Assembly (NCBI RefSeq): GCF_017876815.1
Contig: NZ_JAGIOS010000003.1
Span: 990,001-1,022,000, forward strand
DNA length: 32,000 nt
From: Sinorhizobium meliloti
GTDB taxonomy: Bacteria; Pseudomonadota; Alphaproteobacteria; Rhizobiales; Rhizobiaceae
Reading direction: 5' to 3'
Shown: piece after piece, positions 8,993 through 16,025 of the stretch
Position numbering within the stretch: position 1 is the first letter of the stretch
Layout of the letters: each line of letters begins with the position of its first letter
Position numbers and translations under genes: made by a program
Notes under the pieces: generated by a model
Told to the model about the DNA's origin: nothing
Seen by the model: the letters and a program-made list of their open reading frames with translations, nothing else
Database searches by the model: none

Positions 8993-9001
8993 AGCCGGGA
9001 A
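8993..9001. repeat. Target site duplication (right copy)
   Basis: AGCCGGGAA lies immediately outside the right IR. Confidence 0.9.
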
Positions 9002-9046
9002 CATTTCGCAATTCCGGTGGGCCACGTCTCTGCCCCATAAGGAACT

Positions 9047-9972
9047 TTACGCGTCCAGGGCCTCCGGCTGAGGATCGATCTCAGCGATTTTCTGAAACTC
9101 CCCAAGATATTCTTGGCGGTGATACGAAAGCCACCGGGTGATGCGAGTGTTGGCGAGCAGCTTGGCAACGTATCCGCGTGCGACGGTAAGATGCAGATTG
9201 TCGATGCCGTAAGTTTCCTCGACGCTTTTCACTTGAGTCTGAAGTGATGCAGTTCCCTTTCCATCCGGGCAATCTGCTGGCCTGTCGGCGTGGATGCAGC
9301 AGCGCCTGTCATCTTTTTGGCTGCGACCAACTGGCTGTCAGGCGTGGCAGCGCGTATCGCTCGCGCGAACATAAGCGTAAAATTGTGCTGACCGATCATC
9401 AAATCTGCCGCTTCGATTTGCCGAACGGCGTTCATCTGCCGCAGGACATCGAACACCTTCATCGAGCAGGGCGTGTCTTTCAGCATCTCGGCTACCTCGG
9501 GCTGATGCCTTCCAACAGACGGAACCGGCGAATGACGGACTCTGAAGCCCCAATGCATCGGCTATATCGGCCGAAGAAACGCCCCGCTCGATGGCACGAG
9601 CAATCATCCTGTGCTCCTGGATCGGGGCCAGCCGGTTGACCCGCTTGTTGTAGTGTAGGTGTCGTCGTCAATCGCAACCAAACACTCGACCTCCGCGAAG
9701 CCAAGTTCCTTCAGTGCTTCCAGCCGCAGGTGTCCATCGAGCAGGTACCAGGTTCCCGCGCTCCTTGTATCTGCAATGACCACCGGTGCCTCGACGAGTC
9801 CAATTGCCTTGATCGAGCTCAGGATCTGCGCAAACTTTCGGCTCTCGCGAGCGCCCTCCGGGAGTGACTTCAGGGGAACGATCGCAGAAATTGCGATGGT
9901 TTGTATGTCGCGGTCAAAAGCGAAGTGGATTCGCCCGTCCCCACCGTCGTCGCCTTTGCACTCTTCATTCAT
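9047..9972 (-). pseudogene. ParB N-terminal (ParB/Srx) domain protein with RepB-like C-terminal region, inactivated by at least 4 frameshifts
   Basis: Homology continues through four frame changes. The segments are:
- MNEECKG...LDGHLRLEALKELGFAEVECLVAIDDDTYT (frame of 9972);
- YNKRVNRLAPIQEHRMIARAIERGVSSADIADALG;
- SESVIRRFRLLEGISP;
- EVAEMLKDTPCSMKVFDVLRQMNAVRQIEAADLMIGQHNF...MERELHHF;
- VKSVEETYGIDNLHLTVARGYVAKLL...FQKIAEI.
The switches lie near 9652, 9550, 9500 and 9240. The shifts near 9652 and 9500 read as 1-nt deletions. Confidence 0.75.
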
Positions 9973-10150
9973 CGCATCTCCCGGAAATCCGTGTAGCGAG
10001 GGCTCTTGGCATAGTCTCAAGCCCCTCGGCTCGCAGCAAGTTGAGAAACCCTTCGTCAGCGAGCAGGTCCTTCAGGGCCTCGACGATGAACAGAAGGCGC
10101 GTCTGCGCACGTCCGCGATGTCCTTGCCACTCATATCCTAAAGCAAACCG
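9965..10150 (-). pseudogene. Probable C-terminal remnant of an upstream ParB-like paralogue (5'-truncated)
   Basis: Only the tail ...LLFIVEALKDLLADEGFLNLLRAEGLETMPRALATRI remains. It ends 8 nt inside the next gene, as in intact two-gene ParB-like modules. No N-terminal domain is present upstream. The family assignment is from memory and is weak. Confidence 0.3.
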
Positions 10151-10307
10151 GATCCTACGACAGCCAAGGTACGCTATCCAGGGCACGCCGGAGATGATTG
10201 CCATCCCTGCGGGTCCCTTCTCGCCACAAGACAAAGCGGCGCTTGCTGCGACGATTCTGAATCAGGTATGGAAGCGGCGTAGTTCCTGCAACTTTTTTCC
10301 CGGAAAC

Positions 10308-10336
10308 TTGATAGGTGTAGCACGGAGTGCTATATG
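10308..10336 (+). promoter_or_regulatory. Candidate sigma70-type promoter with embedded operator palindrome for the TA operon
   Basis: TTGATA (10308-10313), a 17-nt spacer, then TATATG (10331-10336). A perfect inverted repeat TAGCAC-gga-GTGCTA (10318-10332) sits in the spacer. The -10 element ends 5 nt before the toxin ATG. Confidence 0.3.
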
Positions 10337-10341
10337 AAGAG

Positions 10342-10701
10342 ATGTCAGGACGGACTTTCAAAACGGCGTGGTTTTCCAAAGCAGCGAAGAAAGCGCGGAT
10401 CTCCGACAAGGCCCTTTGCAAGGCGATTGAGCAAGTCGCACGCGGACAGGCTGATGACCTCGGTGGCGGCGTGTTCAAGAAGCGGCTCAACGACAACATG
10501 CATCGTTCGATCGTTCTGGCGAAGGCCGGTGAGTACTGGGTGTTCGCCTATCTGTTCGCGAAGAAGGACCGCGCAAACATCGATGACGACGAGCTCCTGG
10601 CTTTCCGGAAGCTTGCCGAACTCTATCGGCGCAAGACACAGGCCGAGCTTGATGCGGACATCGGGACCGGCGCCCTATTGGAGATTTGCAATGGCGACTA
10701 A
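10342..10701 (+). CDS. Type II toxin, RelE/ParE superfamily (PF06296/COG4737-like)
   Basis: MSGRTFKTAWFSKAAKKARISDKALCKAIEQVARGQADDLGGGVFKKRL...WVFAYLFAKKDRANIDDDELLAFRKLA matches the toxin family that pairs with COG2944 HTH antitoxins. It overlaps the downstream gene by 11 nt. Confidence 0.8.
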   Translation: MSGRTFKTAWFSKAAKKARISDKALCKAIEQVARGQADDLGGGVFKKRLNDNMHRSIVLAKAGEYWVFAYLFAKKDRANIDDDELLAFRKLAELYRRKTQAELDADIGTGALLEICNGD

Positions 10702-11014
10702 GCGCAAGTTCAAGAGCGATGCCTTTGAGGCGATCCATAGCGCCGTCGAAGACATGTATTCGGCAGGTACCATCGACAAGGAAACCATGAAGACCTTCGA
10801 TGAGACTTGCCTTTCCATCCCGCAGGAGCTGACGCCAAGCGAGATCAAGGCGCTGCGCGAGAACAATCATGTCAGCCAACCAGTCTTCGCGCGCTACCTG
10901 AACACCAGTGCATCAACAGTGCAAAAGTGGGAAACCGGCGCGAAGCGGCCGAGCGGCCCCGCCTTGAAGCTGCTCTCGATCGTCCGGAAACACGGTCTCG
11001 AGATGTTGTCCTAG
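10691..11014 (+). CDS. HTH (Xre/COG2944, NadS/MqsA-like) antitoxin / DNA-binding regulator
   Basis: ATG at 10691 with GGAGA 6 nt upstream. Contains ...TPSEIKALRENNHVSQPVFARYLNTSASTVQKWETGAKRPSGPALKLLSIVRKHGLEML, an HTH plus the conserved C-terminal tail. The longer track ORF (10334..) is an out-of-context N-terminal extension through the toxin gene. Confidence 0.8.
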   Translation: MATKRKFKSDAFEAIHSAVEDMYSAGTIDKETMKTFDETCLSIPQELTPSEIKALRENNHVSQPVFARYLNTSASTVQKWETGAKRPSGPALKLLSIVRKHGLEMLS

Positions 11015-11056
11015 AAGGACACTGCCGCAGAAGGATAAGCGCGCGCAGTTCCAGCC

Positions 11057-11072
11057 GATACATTATGCGATC
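11057..11072 (+). repeat. 16-bp recurring motif GATACATTATGCGATC, copy B
   Basis: Exact copy of 7659-7674, in the convergent intergenic region between the antitoxin and the amidohydrolase. Confidence 0.7.
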
Positions 11073-11204
11073 TATTTAGCCCAGAACGTGAAGATCCTTG
11101 CAACAAGCCGTGCCCGGGCTCGTGATGCACGGCTTCCTTCGACCAAGAACGAAGCCGCTCGCGCGACGGTGGCGCTCGTGGTGACGGTACAGCAGTGATG
11201 TGAA

Positions 11205-12731
11205 TTATGTTCTACGGCCGACATCAGGCGGCGTCCCGTGGTAGCGGTTCAGGCCGATATCCATCAGAGCCGCCCTATGATGGATCTCCGCCATGACAGG
11301 TTCGAAAATTCTGTTGCGGCGCTCGAGGTCAGCATGTTCGGCAAGATACGCCGGCACCAGCTCGGCAATCTCGTCGAAGATGGCCGGCTCATCCAACGCG
11401 GTCAACCGCCTGTCATGCATCACGATCCGACCGGCGACGATCACGGTCTCGATAGAGGAACCGTTCTCCGAATAGACCAAATGCTTAGCTAGATCGTTCA
11501 GTGGCATGAAGGGGTAGGTGCGCAAATCGAGAATCAGAAGATCTGCCGCCTTGCCGGCCTCAAGCGAGCCGGTCACCTGTTCCAGCAAGGCCGTCCTCGC
11601 ACCGCCGATCGTGGCCATCGCGAGAATCTCGTCCGCCGCAACCCATTTCGCATAGTCGGGCCCGGAAACGCTATGGATGAGGCCGGCAACACGCATAACA
11701 TCGAAGATGCGCGAGGTGTCGTTTGAAGAGACGCCGTCGGTGCCGAGGCCAATCGTCACTCCTGCATCGAGCAGGCGGCGGATCGGGGCGATGCCAGCGC
11801 CTAGCTTCATGTTCGATACGGCATTGTGGGCGACGGAGACACCCGCCTCCCCCATCAGGCACATGTCCTCATCGCTTACCCAGACTGAATGCGCGATGGT
11901 TGTGTTGCGCTTCAAAAGGCCAAGGTCGGCCATGTAAGCGATCAGCGACTTGCCGTGGAGCAAGTGGCCCGTCACGGCCTGGGTTTTGGTTTCCAAAATA
12001 TGCGTGTGGAACGGCACGTGATTTTCGATTGCAAGATCCATGCAAGCGGCCATGAGATCAGGCGAGCAACGCTGCGGCGCCGAGGGCGCAATCATGAAAT
12101 TCAGGCGGCCGGACTTGCCATGCAGGCTGGAGAAGGCCGACTTGCAGTAGTCCAGATACGCGGCGGCAGTCATGGGCGGGCCGAAATCGAGAAGGTCCTG
12201 CAATTGAGTGGGCATTACCTCGCGCGCGAAGGGCAGCGCTTCGAGCGTGTGGACGTTCATCACGGCACTCGACACATTGGCGCGGATGCCCGCATCGTCG
12301 TAGGCGCGGAACACCGTCGCCAGTCTGTCGAGATCGTGACGGGGCGGATCGAAGAAATCGTCACACAAGGTGGTGACGCCGTTACGCAACGACTCCATCG
12401 CCAGCAGCAGGCTGCGCAGGTAGAGCAGGCGTTCGCCGATCGGGTCGTTCATCAGCAGCGGATAGGCATAGAGCAGCCAGACTTCAAGCGGCATGCGATC
12501 ATAGCGGCCGCGAAGGAAGGTCTCGCTGGAATGGGTGTGGGCGTTCACGAGTCCAGGCATGACCAGCTTGCGGTGCCCCTCGATGATGCTCGCATCCGGC
12601 TTGGCGGCAAGCGCCGCGCCCATCGCCTTGATCTTTCCTCCATCAATCAGAATATCACCGGTAAACGGCGCTGTACCATGGGTAGCGTCCATAGCGACGA
12701 TCGTCGCATTGCGGATCAGGATTTCACTCAT
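11205..12731 (-). CDS. Amidohydrolase-superfamily deaminase/chlorohydrolase-type enzyme (COG0402-like: cytosine/guanine/MTA-deaminase, TrzA/SsnA relatives)
   Basis: Starts MSEILIRNATIVAMD...; metal motifs are PGLVNAHTHS, PFHTHILET, AHSVW and GLGTDG. The ATG at 12731 overlaps the upstream stop (ATGA). The 78-aa N-terminal extension in the track ORF overlaps the upstream gene and is spurious. Confidence 0.9.
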   Translation of the reverse strand: MSEILIRNATIVAMDATHGTAPFTGDILIDGGKIKAMGAALAAKPDASIIEGHRKLVMPGLVNAHTHSSETFLRGRYDRMPLEVWLLYAYPLLMNDPIGERLLYLRSLLLAMESLRNGVTTLCDDFFDPPRHDLDRLATVFRAYDDAGIRANVSSAVMNVHTLEALPFAREVMPTQLQDLLDFGPPMTAAAYLDYCKSAFSSLHGKSGRLNFMIAPSAPQRCSPDLMAACMDLAIENHVPFHTHILETKTQAVTGHLLHGKSLIAYMADLGLLKRNTTIAHSVWVSDEDMCLMGEAGVSVAHNAVSNMKLGAGIAPIRRLLDAGVTIGLGTDGVSSNDTSRIFDVMRVAGLIHSVSGPDYAKWVAADEILAMATIGGARTALLEQVTGSLEAGKAADLLILDLRTYPFMPLNDLAKHLVYSENGSSIETVIVAGRIVMHDRRLTALDEPAIFDEIAELVPAYLAEHADLERRNRIFEPVMAEIHHRAALMDIGLNRYHGTPPDVGRRT

Positions 12732-13666
12732 GGCAGGTTCCCCAAAGATTGAATGAGAAGGTCGTAGTAGGCGACGGGGTCGCCATCCCTGACATAGAAG
12801 ACATTCTTCGGACGGTCGGTGGTCTGCCACCAGTCGGCGACCGTCATCCCCGCTGTCAGCGTGCCGTTGAGCTCCACCGAGACATTGATCTGCCGGCCTG
12901 AAAACATGTCCGGCGCCAGCATGAAGGCGGGCACGCATGGCCCATGCAGCGGTGCGCCCTCCCAACCGTATTTGTTGAGGTCGAAGGCTTGGGAATATTC
13001 CAGCATTTCGGCGGTCGCCACGCCGCAGCGGTTTGCCAGAGCCCGCATTGCGCTGAGCCGCTCCGGCGTCGAGCGCATTCGGTGTGTCACGTCGAGTGGC
13101 AGGAGCGTGGTCTTGATGCCGGCCTTCAGCACGACGTCCGCGGCTTCGGGGTCAACATAGCAGTTGAATTCCGCCGCCGGCGTGATGTTGCCGACCTCGA
13201 AATAAGCTCCGAGCATCGCGACAACCTCATGAATCTTGCCGGCAATGTCGGGCGCCTTGCGTAAAGCCATGGCCAAATTGGTCACGGGGGACAGCGAGCA
13301 TATGGTGACCTCGCCGGGATGCGCGCAGACGGTGTCGATTATGAAATCGATGCCGTGCTTTTCCTGCGGCTTGATCGACGGCGGCGGCAGGTCCGGACCG
13401 TCGAGACCCGTCGGACCATGCACATGCTCGGCCGTGACCAGCGGACGGATGATCGGATGCGAGCAACCGGCGAAGACGGGAATATCCGGCCGGCCGGCCA
13501 GTTCCATCAGTTTCAGGCAGTTGGCGATGGTGTGATCGAGGTTGATGTTGCCGGCGGTGGCGACCAGTCCGAGAACCTCGAACGCTTGCTTCTGCCCGAG
13601 GATCGTCAGGATGGCAGCCGCCTGGTCCTGACCCGGATCGGTTAGGATGATCAGCTTGCGTGTCAT
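12728..13666 (-). CDS. Inosine-uridine-preferring-type nucleoside hydrolase family protein (atypical N-terminal Asp motif)
   Basis: MTRKLIILTDPGQDQAAAILTILG...GPTGLDG...ICSLSPVTNLAMAL...EFNCYVDPEAADVV shows the IUNH fold signature. The canonical DxDxxxDD reads LTDPGQDQ here. Confidence 0.85.
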   Translation of the reverse strand: MTRKLIILTDPGQDQAAAILTILGQKQAFEVLGLVATAGNINLDHTIANCLKLMELAGRPDIPVFAGCSHPIIRPLVTAEHVHGPTGLDGPDLPPPSIKPQEKHGIDFIIDTVCAHPGEVTICSLSPVTNLAMALRKAPDIAGKIHEVVAMLGAYFEVGNITPAAEFNCYVDPEAADVVLKAGIKTTLLPLDVTHRMRSTPERLSAMRALANRCGVATAEMLEYSQAFDLNKYGWEGAPLHGPCVPAFMLAPDMFSGRQINVSVELNGTLTAGMTVADWWQTTDRPKNVFYVRDGDPVAYYDLLIQSLGNLP

Positions 13667-14088
13667 GCGGCCACCCTGCCAGGAGCGCCGCCATCAAGCC
13701 ACGCGTAAAGCTCCCAGGTCTCGCCGTCAGGTCCGCGGAAATAGAGGCACCGGGCGTTCCACGGGTAGTCGGCCGGGGGATTGACGAAGGTCACGCCATC
13801 TTTTTCGAGGTCCGCATAGAGGACATCTATATCAGCGGGACTGTCGACTCGCACCGCCACGAGCACGGCCGATGCCGACCCTACGGGCACGCGCACATCA
13901 GTGTGGCTTTCGATATGCGACCGCTCCCACAGCGCGAGCGTCAGCCCCGCGCCGATGAAATCGGCAAAGCCTGGTGCGCGGTGCTTGAGTTCGAAGCCGA
14001 GCTTCTGCGTATAAAAGCGGATCGACGCCTCAACGTCGGTGACCAGGATGCAGACATCCTGGATCGGATGGAGTTGCGCGAACTTCAT
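13663..14088 (-). CDS. VOC (glyoxalase/bleomycin-resistance/dioxygenase) family protein
   Basis: 141 aa. Contains ...VCILVTDVEASIRFYTQKLGFEL...FRGPDGETWELY. There is an ATGA overlap with the nucleoside hydrolase gene. Confidence 0.8.
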   Translation of the reverse strand: MKFAQLHPIQDVCILVTDVEASIRFYTQKLGFELKHRAPGFADFIGAGLTLALWERSHIESHTDVRVPVGSASAVLVAVRVDSPADIDVLYADLEKDGVTFVNPPADYPWNARCLYFRGPDGETWELYAWLDGGAPGRVAA

Positions 14089-14097
14089 GGTGCCTCC

Positions 14098-14991
14098 CTA
14101 TTGATCCTTGAGTTCGGCGAACGAGCTGGCGGCCTTCGCGCCGCCGCGCAGCTTGCCGGAAAGCCAGACGCCGAAGACAGTCGCGAGATAGGGCAAAGCC
14201 TGCAGAAGGTCGTGCGGGATCTTGTCGCCGAACATCAATTGCGCCCGGATACCGAGCGCGCCAACGACGGCGAAGAACAGCGCAGCGAAAGTGGCCCCCA
14301 CCGGATGGGAAGCGCCGAAGATGACCGCAGCAAAGGCCATGAAGCCGCGACCCGCCGTCATGCCCTGGGCGAAGAACTGCAGGCTGCCGGCGGCAAGTTC
14401 CGCCCCGCCGATGGCACACAGCACCCCGCCGATCGCCAGCGCCACGAGGCGCATCCGCGAGGGATTGGCCCCGACGCTGCGGGCAGCGAAGGGATGCTCG
14501 CCACAGGCGGCGAGGCGGAGACCGAAGCGTGTGCGGCGGAGCATTACCCACATGCCGAAGACGACGAAAGGCATGGCGGCGACCGCGATCGACAGCACGC
14601 CATAGGCGCCGAAGGCCGGCCCGAGCTTCGGAATGCCGAACGGTGCGGTCACGCTCGCCTGGCTTCCGAAGATCGACTGAACGGCGAGCGCCGTGCCACC
14701 GAGGCCAAGGCCCGTCAGGCCGAGGCCGGCGATGATCGGATTGGCCTTGAGCCTGTCGATGACGAACCAGAGGAGGACGGAGGCAAGCACACAGATGAGG
14801 ATGGCGATGAGGATGGCCGCAACGATGGAGTTGGTCAGCATGATGCCGACGATCGTGGCGCAGGCACCCATGATCATCAGGCCCTCGAGACCGAGGTTCC
14901 ACACCCCTGCCCGCTGCGCAATGACGCCAGCGAGGGTGACGTAGATCAGCGGCGTCCCGGAACGCAGGATGGCGATGATGATCTCGTTCAT
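14098..14991 (-). CDS. BMP-family/nucleoside-type ABC transporter permease (YufQ/NupQ-like)
   Basis: Starts MNEIIIAILRSGTPLIYVTLAGVIAQRAGVWNLGLEGLMIMGA...; multi-span. The ATG at 14991 overlaps the upstream stop (ATGA). The track's 143-aa N-terminal extension is spurious. Confidence 0.9.
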   Translation of the reverse strand: MNEIIIAILRSGTPLIYVTLAGVIAQRAGVWNLGLEGLMIMGACATIVGIMLTNSIVAAILIAILICVLASVLLWFVIDRLKANPIIAGLGLTGLGLGGTALAVQSIFGSQASVTAPFGIPKLGPAFGAYGVLSIAVAAMPFVVFGMWVMLRRTRFGLRLAACGEHPFAARSVGANPSRMRLVALAIGGVLCAIGGAELAAGSLQFFAQGMTAGRGFMAFAAVIFGASHPVGATFAALFFAVVGALGIRAQLMFGDKIPHDLLQALPYLATVFGVWLSGKLRGGAKAASSFAELKDQ

Positions 14992-16025
14992 GACGGGCGT
15001 CCTCCGAGACGCAGCACTTGGTCGACGAGTTTCGACCTTGCTGTGATGAACAGCGCGATCGCCGCATTGATGATGTCGATCGCGGCGGCCGGCAGCCCGG
15101 CCATGATCGGCAGATAGAGCGCCGCCGAGGCAAGGCCGCCGAAAAACACCGCCGCCGCCGCAGTGCCGACCACGGAGAGATTGGCGACGAGTGCGATCAG
15201 GATTGCCGTGAAGCCGTGGGCCGGCAGGAACCCGGACGCAATGCGGCCGTTCGGCCCCATGAACTCGATAGTTCCGGCAAGACCCGCCAGTGCGCCCGAG
15301 ATGATGAAGCTCGACAGGCCGAGCTTCCACAGCCGCGCGCCCTGCCACTCCACCATCGTGCCGTTGCGGCCGGCAAGGCTTGCAAGAACCCCGAATGCCG
15401 TGCGGTTGACAAGGAGCCACATCAAAATGCCGACGGCGGCCCCGATGGCGATGGTGGTCGGGGATATGCCAAGCGAGTCCGAGATGCGGTAGGCCGCGTC
15501 GAGGGGGCGGCTCGATGCCTGCTGACCGGACCCCGAAGGATCCTTGAGCGGTCCCGAGGTCACATAGACCAGAAGCAGGCCGGCCATGAAGTTGCCCATC
15601 AGCGTGGTGATCACCTCGTCAGTGCCGGACCGTAGCCTTAGAAGTCCCGGCCAGAGAGCCCAGAGGGCGCCGCCCAGCGTACCGGCAATGATGAGTGCCG
15701 GGATGACGAGGAAAGCCGGCCCGCCCTTGAATGCCTCGGCGGCGAAGGCAGCGCAGATTGCGCCGACATAGAACTGGCCCTGTGCGCCGATGTTAAAGAA
15801 ACCCGCCCGGAAGGAAATCCCGACGCCTACGGCCGTGATGAACAGTGGCAATGCCCATCTGAGGCTCTGTTCAATCGCACCGCTGCGCAGGAAGGCGCCG
15901 TCGGCCACCGCCCAGAGCATGACCGGCGCATTGTAGCCGGCAAACTGGAACACCAGCGCGCACAGGATGAGCGCAAAGGCGACAAAGATCAGGCTGCGGG
16001 CAACCGTGACGAGACTGTCTTTCAT
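14988..16025 (-). CDS. BMP-family/nucleoside-type ABC transporter permease (YufP/NupP-like)
   Basis: 345 aa, multi-span. Contains ...GFFNIGAQGQFYVGAICAA.... There is an ATGA overlap with the ATPase gene stop at 16022-16025. Confidence 0.9.
   Translation of the reverse strand: MKDSLVTVARSLIFVAFALILCALVFQFAGYNAPVMLWAVADGAFLRSGAIEQSLRWALPLFITAVGVGISFRAGFFNIGAQGQFYVGAICAAFAAEAFKGGPAFLVIPALIIAGTLGGALWALWPGLLRLRSGTDEVITTLMGNFMAGLLLVYVTSGPLKDPSGSGQQASSRPLDAAYRISDSLGISPTTIAIGAAVGILMWLLVNRTAFGVLASLAGRNGTMVEWQGARLWKLGLSSFIISGALAGLAGTIEFMGPNGRIASGFLPAHGFTAILIALVANLSVVGTAAAAVFFGGLASAALYLPIMAGLPAAAIDIINAAIALFITARSKLVDQVLRLGGRPS

Noticed and set aside
9010-9024. Flank AATTCCGGTGGGCCA just outside the IS resembles the inner part of the IS terminal repeat (AATTCTGTGCGGTGGGCCA). 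Considered as a relic of a second IS end.
   Set aside because: The similarity needs a 4-nt gap and does not extend to the outer IR half. TTCCGGTGG also occurs at 7651-7659. This is more likely chance or a weak target preference.
9047-11014. ParB-like nuclease-domain genes plus a TA pair, considered as a possible phage-defence island.
   Set aside because: The ParB-like genes are truncated or multiply frameshifted. No helicase, nuclease, ATPase or other defence-type partner is present. Only a generic type II TA pair is intact.
7641-11135. Reading the two direct motif copies as attL/attR of an integrated element.
   Set aside because: No integrase or recombinase gene lies between them, apart from the unrelated IS256 transposase. 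The repeats are imperfect and gapped outside the 16-bp core. It is kept only as one of several hypotheses in the findings.
13660-15117. Long ORFs antisense to confidently assigned genes. Examples: 13660..15117 +, 790..1545 -, 17920..18759 +, 19682..20689 +, 20714..21727 +, 25093..25911 +, 28579..29445 +, 29445..30194 +, 30560..31291 +, 11889..12752 +.
   Set aside because: Their translations are Arg/Gly/Ala/Pro/Asp-rich low-complexity strings with no recognisable motifs. Each lies opposite a gene with clear family signatures. Long stop-free antisense frames are expected in DNA of roughly 60%+ GC.
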